From Clostridiales bacterium (GTDB lineage: Bacteria; Bacillota; Clostridia; Christensenellales; CAG-138): a stretch of 64,000 bases of DNA. A program made the position numbers and the translations under genes. Of the stretch, positions 55,965 through 64,000 are shown one piece after another (the stretch's first letter is position 1; each line of letters opens with the position of its first letter). The DNA is taken from assembly GCA_004557245.1 (NCBI GenBank), contig SFEL01000011.1:6356-70355 (forward strand), in the 5' to 3' direction. A model generated the notes under the pieces. It was not told where the DNA came from and ran no database searches. It saw nothing but the letters and a program-made list of their open reading frames with translations.

Positions 55965-56066
55965 ATGAAGATGTTCGCTGCTATAAAGAACGCCGGCATT
56001 TATTACTATTACTTTTATGCAACAGGTAATGGTTGTTTGTGCTGCGCGTCGAAGGCGAACCGATAA
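55965..56066 (+). CDS. candidate leader peptide, 33 aa, with a YYYYFY run
   Basis: MKMFAAIKNAGIYYYYFYATGNGCLCCASKANR. AAAGGA lies 11 nt upstream. It sits between the promoter and an intrinsic terminator. Confidence 0.45.
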   Translation: MKMFAAIKNAGIYYYYFYATGNGCLCCASKANR

Positions 56067-56084
56067 AGCTTACGATGATAAAAA

Positions 56085-56122
56085 GCCGCATGAGCAACCG
56101 CTCATGCGGCATTTTATTTTTT
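56085..56122 (+). terminator. intrinsic terminator inside the 5' leader (attenuator)
   Basis: GCCGCATGAGC / GCTCATGCGGC, an 11-bp stem with loop AACC, followed by ATTTTATTTTTT. It lies about 30 nt before the SBP start codon. Confidence 0.8.
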
Positions 56123-56153
56123 AAAAAATCTAATTTTTCAGGAGGAAAAAACC

Positions 56154-57182
56154 ATGAAAAAGACACTCGCTATACTGATGGCGGCACTGATGCTGCTGGG
56201 CCTCACCGCCTGCAGCTCCGCACCCGAAGCGACCACTGAACCTGCGGCCACCGCAGAGCAGACCGAGCAGACCGAGCAGACTGCCGCTCCCGCAGAGGAG
56301 AAGCAGAGCTATACCGTAGGCATTTGCCAGCTGGTTCAGCATCCCGCTCTCGACGCTGCTACACAGGGCTTCAAGGACGTGCTTACCGAGCAGCTGGGCG
56401 ACAGCGTGACCATCGAAGAGGGCAACGCCTCTAACGATATCCCCACCTGCGCTACTATAGTGAACGGCTTCGTTTCGTCTGAAGTAGACCTTATAATGGC
56501 AAACGCCACTCCTGCTCTTCAGGCGGCTGTAGCGGCTACCAATACCATACCCATACTGGGCACTTCCGTTACCGAGTACGGCGTTGCGCTGAATATTTCA
56601 GACTTCTCCGGCACCGTGGGCGGCAACGTATCCGGCACCTCCGATTTGGCTCCTCTGGATCAGCAGGCGGCAATGGTAAAGGAGCTGTTCCCCGATGCAA
56701 AGACGGTGGGCATACTCTACTGCTCCGGCGAGGCTAACTCCGTATACCAGGCAAACGTTGTGAAGGAATGCCTCGAAGCTGACGGCCTGACCGTAAATAT
56801 ATTCACCTTCGCAGATTCCAATGACGTATCCACCGTAACCACCAGCGCTGTTGCCGAGAGCGACGTTCTGTACATTCCTACCGATAACACCGCCGCCTCC
56901 TGCACCGAGGCCATAGCGGCCGTTACTGTTCCCGCCGGCGTACCCGTGATAGCGGGCGAAGAAGGCATCTGCAAGGGCTGCGGCTTGGCTACCCTGTCCA
57001 TCAATTACTACGACCTTGGCCGCACCACTGGTGAAATGGCAGTTAAAATACTCAAGGGCGAGGCCGATATCTCCGAGATGCCTGTAGAATACTTCCAGGG
57101 ACCCGTAAAGAAGTTCAACAAGGATATGGCTGAAAAGTTGAACGTAACTATCCCCGACGAATATGTCGCCATAGAGGATTAA
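56154..57182 (+). CDS. ABC transporter substrate-binding lipoprotein (ABC_sub_bind / COG2984 family), second copy
   Basis: 342-aa ORF after AGGAGGA with lipobox LLGLTAC. Paralogous to 33514-34554. Confidence 0.8.
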   Translation: MKKTLAILMAALMLLGLTACSSAPEATTEPAATAEQTEQTEQTAAPAEEKQSYTVGICQLVQHPALDAATQGFKDVLTEQLGDSVTIEEGNASNDIPTCATIVNGFVSSEVDLIMANATPALQAAVAATNTIPILGTSVTEYGVALNISDFSGTVGGNVSGTSDLAPLDQQAAMVKELFPDAKTVGILYCSGEANSVYQANVVKECLEADGLTVNIFTFADSNDVSTVTTSAVAESDVLYIPTDNTAASCTEAIAAVTVPAGVPVIAGEEGICKGCGLATLSINYYDLGRTTGEMAVKILKGEADISEMPVEYFQGPVKKFNKDMAEKLNVTIPDEYVAIED

Positions 57183-57228
57183 CAGGAAAAACTAAAAAGA
57201 AATAAGACAGAGCAAGAGGAGAAATGAG

Positions 57229-58185
57229 ATGAACGCAGCGGTTTGTTTGGGGCTTCCCAGTATCGCCAACCTGATATCCAGAATGCCGGGCGGTATTGCC
57301 CAGGGAATAATTTGGGGCATAATGGCACTTGGCCTATACATTACCTTCAGGTTGCTGGATATTGCGGACCTTACGGTGGACGGTTCCTTCGCAACCGGCG
57401 GCGCAGTAGCCATAATGCTTATAACCTCTGGCTGTCCTGCCTGGGCCGCGCTGATAGCGGCCCTTCTCGCAGGAACTGCTGCAGGGCTATGCACAGGAGT
57501 GCTGCACACCAGGCTTGGTATTCCCGCCATACTTTCCGGCATACTCACCCAGTTTGCGCTGTACTCCATCAACCTTCGCATAATGGGCATGTCCGCAAAC
57601 CGCTCAGCTAATCCGGATACCTTCAAGCTGCTCATCACCATGCGCAGCGTACCCAAAGCCATACTGACAGGCGCTGTGTTAGCTGCGGCCATAGTAGCGG
57701 TAATGTACTGGTACTTCGGTACAGAGCAGGGCTCGGCGATCCGCGCCACCGGTTCCAACCCCAACATGAGCAGGGCGCAGGGCATAAACACCGACAACAT
57801 GAAGCTCATCGGCCTTGCCATTTCAAACGGAATGGTGGCCCTCTCGGGAGGACTTATGGCCCAGTATCAGGGCTTCGCCGATGTAAACATGGGCAGGGGC
57901 TCCATCGTTATAGGCCTTGCCGCCATAATAATCGGAGAGGTTCTGTGCGATGCCGCGTTCCGCAAGGGCTGTGAGTTTTACATGAGGCTGCTGTTTGTGA
58001 TAGTCGGAGGTATAGTGTACTACATCGTAATGGTGATAATACTGTGGCTCAAGCTTGATCCAAACGACCTGAAGCTTTTTACCGCCATAATAGTAGCCGT
58101 ATTCCTTGCGGTGCCCCATATACAGGCGGAGCGAAAGAGCTCCTTCAAGATGGCGGGTAAGCGCAGCCTCAATGGGAAGGCCTGA
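57229..58185 (+). CDS. ABC transporter permease (COG2984-type system), second copy
   Basis: 318-aa membrane ORF, paralogous to 32542-33474. Confidence 0.8.
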   Translation: MNAAVCLGLPSIANLISRMPGGIAQGIIWGIMALGLYITFRLLDIADLTVDGSFATGGAVAIMLITSGCPAWAALIAALLAGTAAGLCTGVLHTRLGIPAILSGILTQFALYSINLRIMGMSANRSANPDTFKLLITMRSVPKAILTGAVLAAAIVAVMYWYFGTEQGSAIRATGSNPNMSRAQGINTDNMKLIGLAISNGMVALSGGLMAQYQGFADVNMGRGSIVIGLAAIIIGEVLCDAAFRKGCEFYMRLLFVIVGGIVYYIVMVIILWLKLDPNDLKLFTAIIVAVFLAVPHIQAERKSSFKMAGKRSLNGKA

Positions 58186-58203
58186 TGAAAGGGGAGAGTA
58201 GAT

Positions 58204-58998
58204 ATGCTGAAGCTGGATAATATATGTAAGACCTTCAATCCGGGCACTATAAACGAAAAAAAAGCGCTGCAGAACCTTTCGCTGACCCTTAAACCGGGCG
58301 ACTTTGTTACAGTCATAGGCGGCAATGGCGCAGGCAAGTCCACCATGCTCAACGCCATAGCTGGCGTATGGCCGGTGGACAGCGGCTCCATCACCATTGA
58401 CGGCATAAACGTTACGGGCGAATGCGAGCACAAACGCGCCGCGTACATAGGCCGCGTATTTCAGGATCCAATGCTCGGCACCGCGCCAAATATGCAGATA
58501 GAAGAGAACCTCGCATTGGCAATGCGCCGCGGCAAGCGCCGCGGGCTGCGCTGGGGCGTAACAAAGGCCGAGCGGGAACAGTACCGGGACAGGCTGAAGG
58601 GCCTGGGTCTCGGCCTTGAGGACAGAATGACGGCTAAGGTGGGCCTGCTCTCCGGCGGTCAGCGTCAGGCGCTGACGCTGCTCATGGCGTCGCTGCAAAA
58701 GCCAAAGCTTTTGCTCCTCGACGAGCACACCGCTGCACTAGACCCCGCCACCGCCAAGAAGGTGCTGGACATATCCGACAGCATCATCAGGGAGAACGGC
58801 CTTACCGCACTGATGATAACTCACAATATGAAGGACGCCATAAACCATGGCACGAGGCTCATCATGATGAACGAGGGGCATATAATACTCGACGTGGAGG
58901 GCGAAGAAAAGAAAAAGCTGACCAAGCAGCAGCTGATGGAAAAGTTCGCCGAGATAGCGGGCAAGCAGGTAGAATCCGATAGGATACTGCTGTCGTAA
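58204..58998 (+). CDS. ABC transporter ATP-binding protein, second copy
   Basis: 264-aa ORF with GGNGAGKST, LSGGQRQ and LLLDEH. Clearly similar by eye to 31757-32542 (identity not computed). Confidence 0.8.
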   Translation: MLKLDNICKTFNPGTINEKKALQNLSLTLKPGDFVTVIGGNGAGKSTMLNAIAGVWPVDSGSITIDGINVTGECEHKRAAYIGRVFQDPMLGTAPNMQIEENLALAMRRGKRRGLRWGVTKAEREQYRDRLKGLGLGLEDRMTAKVGLLSGGQRQALTLLMASLQKPKLLLLDEHTAALDPATAKKVLDISDSIIRENGLTALMITHNMKDAINHGTRLIMMNEGHIILDVEGEEKKKLTKQQLMEKFAEIAGKQVESDRILLS

Positions 58999-59226
58999 AT
59001 TTTCATTCAGGCATTTCAGGGGCGCCGTCTAAGAAAAGCGGAGCCCCTTTAATATCGGTCTTTTGCACCACGCCGTGGTTAAGGCGAGTACTACCTCATA
59101 TGACGATCAAACGCCTAAACATAATATGCTCCGGTGCCGGTGGACGTTGGTGGATTGCTTCATATCTTTGTGATATACTTTATTTGTAAAAGCACGGGGT
59201 AAATGGAATTTTGTGGGGGCTGTTTT

Positions 59227-59970
59227 ATGAATAAATTATTTCAAAAAAACGAAATATGGTTTGCGATAGTGTTCATCATAATATATGTGGTTGGCAGCAG
59301 CGTTGCTGATGTTATATCCGCCAGTATTGGAATTACAAAATTGATTACGCTGGCTTTTGATATTGTCCTTTCACTGTGTCTGTTCTTGTTTATAAAGAAT
59401 AATCATTTGAACAGATATTTTGGATTGTGTAGGCCCCAATATCCCGCAGCCCGTTTCTTATATTATTTCCCACTGATTGTTCTGGCTTCTGTCAACATAT
59501 GGTTTGGTGTTCAGATGAATATGCCTGTTGCAGATGCCATATGCTATGTGGGAAGCATGCTTTTTGTCGGATTCCTTGAGGAACTGATTTTCAGGGGACT
59601 GTTGTTTAATGCTATGCGTAAGGATAATGTAGAAACTGCAATTATCGTGACCAGCATACTGTTTGGAATTGGACATATTGTTAATCTGTTTAATGGACGT
59701 GGAATGGAACTGGTTGCCAATATCTGCCAGGTGGTCTATGCCGCTGCCATCGGCTTCCTTTTTGTGACCATATTCTATAAAGGCGGAAGTTTGTGGCCTT
59801 GTATTATCACACATAGTATCGTGAACGCCATGAGCACTTTTGCAAATGATACTGTTGCGGCCAGATATCAAATTCCTATTGCCATGGTCATGGTGGTAAT
59901 AGCAATGGCTTACGCGCTGATTTTGTGGAGGACAATTCCGGCAACTCAGAAATCCACCTGTGATAAATAA
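59227..59970 (+). CDS. CPBP family intramembrane glutamic endopeptidase (CAAX protease / Abi-like)
   Basis: Motifs EELIFRG, FGIGHIVN and ITHSIVN. The gene is visibly A+T-rich. Confidence 0.8.
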   Translation: MNKLFQKNEIWFAIVFIIIYVVGSSVADVISASIGITKLITLAFDIVLSLCLFLFIKNNHLNRYFGLCRPQYPAARFLYYFPLIVLASVNIWFGVQMNMPVADAICYVGSMLFVGFLEELIFRGLLFNAMRKDNVETAIIVTSILFGIGHIVNLFNGRGMELVANICQVVYAAAIGFLFVTIFYKGGSLWPCIITHSIVNAMSTFANDTVAARYQIPIAMVMVVIAMAYALILWRTIPATQKSTCDK

Positions 59971-60110
59971 AGTATTCTCCTGATAAATCCCGGTATGTAA
60001 TTGATGCAAACCCGGCAGCGAAAGTACGTGCCTATCCATTCTGTGCGGCGTATTGCGCGTTCTGAGCCGTAAACTTGGACTTCAGCAGAGAAAAATGACG
60101 CCCCTTCAAT

Positions 60111-60148
60111 GCAAAAGCCAGCATGAAAAAAATGATGCTGGCTTTTGC
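60111..60148. terminator. terminator hairpin downstream of the cotJC fragment
   Basis: GCAAAAGCCAGCAT / ATGCTGGCTTTTGC, a 14-bp stem. Confidence 0.7.
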
Positions 60149-60200
60149 AATACTACTTTACGGATACCTGCGAAAGCACCGCCGCTTTTTTGGGATAATT

Positions 60201-60416
60201 TTACATATCCGCGCAGGGATTATTGGCCGGGCCCATGTTTAGGGTAAGGCCGGCGGTTATGCTGCTTTGCAGAATGTTCAGGCACTCGCCGAAGCGCTGG
60301 AAGTGAACTATCTCCCGTTCCCGCAGAAAGCGCAGGGGGTTAATTATGGCAGGGTCGTCCGTGAGCACCATCAGGTGTTCATATGTTGCTCTTGCCTTCT
60401 GCTCTGCTGCTGTATC
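60201..60416 (-). pseudogene. cotJC: 3' fragment (last ~71 codons) of a CotJC / manganese-catalase family gene
   Basis: DTAAEQKARATYEHLMVLTDDPAIINPLRFLREREIVHFQRFGECL matches the conserved CotJC C-terminal block. No N-terminal half lies upstream. It abuts the recombinase stop. Confidence 0.7.
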
Positions 60417-60443
60417 AAAAAGGCAACATTTTTTGCAGCTGTA

Positions 60444-61949
60444 TTAAAAGCTCCAGTGTATTTCCACAGGGACCTCCCAGCTGCCGGGCGAGCGCCTTCC
60501 GATGTATATGCGCTCTATCAAAGCTCCTGGGGCAGCGTTGTTCAGAGCGTCGAGCAGGACCGGGATATCTTCCCTGGTTGATGAGGGGCTGATTTGCTTC
60601 AGCTCTGCCGTACCCCTTGCGGCGGCATGCATAAGCCGCTGCTTTTCAGATGAAATGCGTTTGAGGGTATCTGAAAAGTCAGCCTCGCTTATGGAGCCTT
60701 CCGCTCTGTGGAGGTAAAGCTTTGCCATGGCTTCGGAATACATATCGATGCGTCCCTGCAGCTTTGAAATGCGCTTCGACAGCTGCATCTGCCGGGAACT
60801 GCTGCACTGAATGCATCGTTCTTTTAGCATATCCGCGTCGAGGTGTTCTGAGGCGAGCTGGTTAAGCTCACACAGCACGGTACGCTCCAGACGCTTTACG
60901 GATATGAAACCACCGGGACAGGCAGCCTTTGATATATAGCGGCGGCTGCACCGAAGGTAGCTTTCGCCGTGGCTCCTTGCGGAGCGCATGGGACTGCCGC
61001 AGCAGGCGCAGTAAACCCTGCCGGCAAAAGCGCCTGCCTTATTGCCGGCGAAGGGACGCGATTTTTCGGATATGAGCCGCTGTACGGTCTGCCATTGCTT
61101 TTCATCTATTATTGCCTCGTGCGTGTTTTCCACCCTGAACCACAGTTCCGGGGGTTTTGGCATGTTGCGCTTGGTCTTGTAGGATACGCTGCCGTACCTG
61201 CCCTGAACCATATGGCCGATGTAGACCTCGTTTTGGAGCATGCGGGATATCGTGGCGTACTGCCACAGCCCGCCGCCGGGGGAGGGTATGCCCCGGGCGT
61301 TGAGCTCCCGGGCTATAGACGTTTTTCCTTGGCCATTGGCGAATAACGAGAATACTTCCCGTACTGTAAAGGCCTTTTCCTCATCGATGATGAGGTGCCC
61401 TTTTTGAGCCGGATCCTTGGCGTAGCCGTAGGGTGCGGAAGAACCTATGTGCAGCCCAAGACTCCTTCGGCTGTTCAGTACGCTCTTTATGCTATCGGAC
61501 ATGTCCTCGAGATACCACTCGTTCACGAGGCCGTTTATCTGGCGCGTCTTTTTGTTGCCCGGATCGTCGGTATCGCAGTTGTCCGCTACGCTTACGAAGC
61601 GTATGCCCCAAATGGGGAACAGGCCGTGTATGTATTTTTCTACCAGCTCCAGCTCCCGGGTAAAGCGGGACTGGGTCTTACACAGTACTACGTCGAAGTT
61701 TTTTGCTTCCGCGTCCTTTAACAGCCTGTTGAATTCCGGCCTGTTTCTGTCCGCCCCGGCATAGTCGTCGTCGCTGTATATATCGTATATCTCCCAGCCT
61801 TGCGCGTCAGCGTACTGAGTGAGCAGCATCTTCTGGTTTTGTATGCTTCCGCTGTCCGCGCCATCGGCCTTGCCCTTATCCTCCTCGGACAGCCGGCAGT
61901 ATATGGCGGCCCTCATATACTGCGCCTTTTGTTGAGCATTTGCAGCCAT
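60444..61949 (-). CDS. large serine recombinase (resolvase domain, recombinase domain and zinc ribbon)
   Basis: 501-aa ORF with AAIYCRLSEED...SIQNQ (catalytic Ser region) and a C-terminal Cys cluster. An alternative start at MRAAIY is possible. Confidence 0.85.
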   Translation of the reverse strand: MAANAQQKAQYMRAAIYCRLSEEDKGKADGADSGSIQNQKMLLTQYADAQGWEIYDIYSDDDYAGADRNRPEFNRLLKDAEAKNFDVVLCKTQSRFTRELELVEKYIHGLFPIWGIRFVSVADNCDTDDPGNKKTRQINGLVNEWYLEDMSDSIKSVLNSRRSLGLHIGSSAPYGYAKDPAQKGHLIIDEEKAFTVREVFSLFANGQGKTSIARELNARGIPSPGGGLWQYATISRMLQNEVYIGHMVQGRYGSVSYKTKRNMPKPPELWFRVENTHEAIIDEKQWQTVQRLISEKSRPFAGNKAGAFAGRVYCACCGSPMRSARSHGESYLRCSRRYISKAACPGGFISVKRLERTVLCELNQLASEHLDADMLKERCIQCSSSRQMQLSKRISKLQGRIDMYSEAMAKLYLHRAEGSISEADFSDTLKRISSEKQRLMHAAARGTAELKQISPSSTREDIPVLLDALNNAAPGALIERIYIGRRSPGSWEVPVEIHWSF

Positions 61950-62210
61950 TTTTCCACAAACAGCTTTTTATCCGGGAACCGGCCATTTTTGAATACGCTT
62001 TTGCACATGGGTGATTTTGCCAAAAAACAACACCTCCAGTATATAAATATTAGGGTAGGATGCCGGTTATAATATGGATTGCTGTCAGTTTGTGATATTG
62101 ACATAATAGATAACAAATATCGCATTATCCGGAATTCGAATGAATAACTGATGGGAAAAGAATTCACGTTGTTGTATACTATATGTGATTAAGGATAAGG
62201 TGGGTTTGAT

Positions 62211-63164
62211 ATGGACATCAGCCTTCGGCAACTCGAGGCATTTATAAAGGTAGCGGAGCACAGAAGCTTCTCAAAGGCTGGGGACGAGCTGTTTTTGAGC
62301 CAGTCTACCATAAGCAGTCATGTGGCACAGCTGGAACAGTCGCTTCAGGTGACGCTCATAAAGCGCCGCGAAAAGAAGAACATAGAACTTACTGAGGAAG
62401 GGCAGCGGGCGTATCGCGCAGCCCAGATAATAATCAATCAGGCGGAAATGCTGCAAAACATGTTCCGCAAGGAGGAGGCTGACCAGCCCCTTATATCCAT
62501 TGCCGCCTCTACGGTGCCTTCAAGCTACATACTGCCGGATATAATGACGGGATTTTCCGATATCAGGCCGGAATGCAGGTTCTCCGTTCTTGACGGAGAC
62601 AGTTCCTTTGCCCTTGAGCGGCTGCAAAACGGCGAGGCTGTGTTTGCGTTTGTAGGAACCAGCAGCCGCAAGACCATATTCAGCTATCATACCGTCTGCC
62701 GCGACAGAATGGTGCTGATTACCCAAAATAATAAAGAGTTTGCCGAAAAAAAGGAAATGGGCGTGCTGGGCAATGAGCTGCTGGAATGGCCCATGATAAT
62801 GCGTGAGAGCGGCAGCGGCACTCGCCGGGAGACGGACAACTATCTCAAGAGCATAGGTATGTCCTCGGCGGATCTTAACGTGGCCGGCTACATGAACAAC
62901 ATTGAGGGAATAAAGAGCATGGTAGCTGCCGGAAAGGGCACCACCATACTTTCAGAGCGGGCGGCGGCGGACGCCATACGTGACGGCCGGGTGCTGTGCT
63001 TTGATCTTGAGGAAGACGGGCCGTATCGCGACATATACATCGCCTACCTCAAGAACCGCAGCTTTACCCAGACGGAACAGGCATTTTTGAATTACGTAAG
63101 GAACCGCAGCGGCGAAAAGCCGAAGCAGAACAAGAATAACAAGAAACTACTTAAGGAGGAATAA
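62211..63164 (+). CDS. LysR family transcriptional regulator
   Basis: 317-aa ORF with LRQLEAFIKVAEHRSFSKAGDELFLSQSTISSHVAQLE. Confidence 0.85.
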   Translation: MDISLRQLEAFIKVAEHRSFSKAGDELFLSQSTISSHVAQLEQSLQVTLIKRREKKNIELTEEGQRAYRAAQIIINQAEMLQNMFRKEEADQPLISIAASTVPSSYILPDIMTGFSDIRPECRFSVLDGDSSFALERLQNGEAVFAFVGTSSRKTIFSYHTVCRDRMVLITQNNKEFAEKKEMGVLGNELLEWPMIMRESGSGTRRETDNYLKSIGMSSADLNVAGYMNNIEGIKSMVAAGKGTTILSERAAADAIRDGRVLCFDLEEDGPYRDIYIAYLKNRSFTQTEQAFLNYVRNRSGEKPKQNKNNKKLLKEE

Positions 63165-63168
63165 CAAA

Positions 63169-63777
63169 ATGGCAAACGTAAAAGTAAACGCGGTAGGCGA
63201 TCAATGCCCAATACCGGTAGTAAAGGCTACCAAGGCTCTTGGCGAGTTCAAGGAAGCAGGCACCCTTGAGGTACAGGTTGACAATGAGATAGCCATACAG
63301 AACCTTACCCGCCTTGCCGACAGCAAGGGCCTCAAGAGCAGGAGCGAAAAGCTGGGAGATAATCTTTTTGCCATTACTATGGAAGTGAACGGCCCCCTGA
63401 CCATGGGCGGCGAGGATCTTTCCTGCCATACCGACAACAGGGGAGACTTCGTGGTTGCAATAGATACAGATGCAATGGGCCGGGGTTCCGATGATCTGGG
63501 CCGCACACTTATGAAGGGCTTCATCTATGCCGTATCCCAGCTGGAGACCCTGCCTAAAACTATACTGTTCTACAACGGCGGCGCCAAGCTCACTACCGAG
63601 GGTTCCGTATCACTGGAGGATCTCAAGAGCATGGAAGCTCAGGGTGTGCAGATACTCACCTGCGGCACCTGCCTTAACTTCTACGGCCTTGCCGATAAAC
63701 TGGCGGTAGGCAGCGTTACCAATATGTACGTAATAGTAGAAACTCTGGCTAAGGCCGGAAAGGTCATCAAACCGTGA
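63169..63777 (+). CDS. yedF: YedF-type sulfurtransferase-like protein (TusA/SirA CPxP domain plus DsrE-like domain)
   Basis: 202-aa ORF with a GDQCPIPV motif. Size and two-domain layout match YedF. Confidence 0.7.
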   Translation: MANVKVNAVGDQCPIPVVKATKALGEFKEAGTLEVQVDNEIAIQNLTRLADSKGLKSRSEKLGDNLFAITMEVNGPLTMGGEDLSCHTDNRGDFVVAIDTDAMGRGSDDLGRTLMKGFIYAVSQLETLPKTILFYNGGAKLTTEGSVSLEDLKSMEAQGVQILTCGTCLNFYGLADKLAVGSVTNMYVIVETLAKAGKVIKP

Positions 63778-64000
63778 TATATCTCGACAATGCAGCAACT
63801 ACCCTACATAAGCCTCAGCAGGTAATAGACGCGGTAGTACATGCAATGCAATCGATGGGCAACTGCGCCAGGGGCACCCATGAGGAGGCTCTTGACGCTG
63901 CCCGTACCGTATACGATGCCCGCGTAAGGCTGGCGTCGCTTTTCGGTTGCCCGCGGGTGGACCATGTGGCCTTCACTGCGAACTCCACCGAGGCGCTGAA
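63774..64000 (+). CDS. class V aminotransferase / cysteine desulfurase family protein, N-terminal part (runs off the window)
   Basis: The GTG overlaps the yedF stop (GTGA). VIYLDNAATTLHKPQQV is the typical N-terminus. Confidence 0.7.
   Translation, partial: MIYLDNAATTLHKPQQVIDAVVHAMQSMGNCARGTHEEALDAARTVYDARVRLASLFGCPRVDHVAFTANSTEAL

Noticed and set aside
55938-56153. A second T-box or a known riboswitch in the leader of the second ABC operon.
   Set aside because: There is no GGUGGNACCGCG T-box sequence and no AGAGA/specifier architecture. I found no match to the purine, TPP, SAM, FMN, glycine, lysine, preQ1, ZTP, fluoride or c-di-GMP consensus elements I could recall. This needs a covariance-model scan to be definitive.
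60267-60581. 104-aa plus-strand ORF with a Cys/Leu-rich stretch.
   Set aside because: It lies antisense to the cotJC fragment and the 3' end of the recombinase gene, and has no RBS.
1-64000. CRISPR arrays, rRNA genes and transposase/IS elements.
   Set aside because: I saw no regularly spaced direct repeats, no rRNA-like sequence and no transposase-like ORF. The only recombinases are the tyrosine integrase and the serine recombinase.

Overview
All calls come from reading the sequence and the ORF track by eye. No database search, RNA folding or GC computation was run. The window looks like chromosome from an anaerobic, spore-former-type Firmicute (Clostridia). That taxon is an inference from T-box use, a PPKTG sorting signal, a cotJC remnant and general gene content. 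I find about 60 protein genes, 2 tRNAs, 1 tRNA fragment and 1 T-box leader, but no rRNA and no CRISPR array. Layout: (i) 1 to about 8.2 kb is the integrase-proximal arm of an integrative element at tRNA-Ser(CGA). It carries an XRE/ImmA module, a second ImmA-like gene, a KTR zinc ribbon, a sigma-like protein, an excisionase-type HTH, a tyrosine integrase, and cargo genes (macro domain, SDR, flavodoxin). It looks more A+T-rich than the rest. (ii) 8.4-31.7 kb is mostly housekeeping: aroE/aroQ, tspO, a Cys-rich orphan, tRNA-Leu, surE, phnDCEE with a 5'-nucleotidase and a P-loop orphan, a tautomerase, Lrp, a Tim44-like protein, icd-acn divergent from gltA, pcrA, a lipoprotein and a PPKTG-anchored surface protein. 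(iii) 31.7-34.9 kb is a COG2984-type ABC importer behind a Trp-specific T-box. (iv) 35-38.7 kb holds yccF, a lipid kinase, an M19 dipeptidase and a MATE transporter. (v) 39-50 kb is a sugar or aldonic-acid uptake and catabolism operon ending in gnd, a LarA-like protein and a GntR regulator. (vi) 50-52 kb is a serine-palmitoyltransferase-like oxoamine synthase plus SDR pair. (vii) 52.2-55.8 kb holds a divergent PAP2 protein, an orphan, PadR, pepT and a UPF0489 protein. (viii) 55.9-59 kb is a second COG2984 ABC importer preceded by a Tyr-rich leader ORF and a terminator. (ix) 59-62 kb holds a low-GC CPBP protease gene, a 3' fragment of a cotJC/Mn-catalase gene and an abutting large serine recombinase. 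(x) 62.2-64 kb holds LysR, yedF and a cysteine desulfurase. The most interesting items are the Tyr-codon leader, the cotJC fragment next to the recombinase, the SPT-like/SDR pair, an ORF-free structured region inside the mobile element, and the LarA-like gene in the gnd operon.
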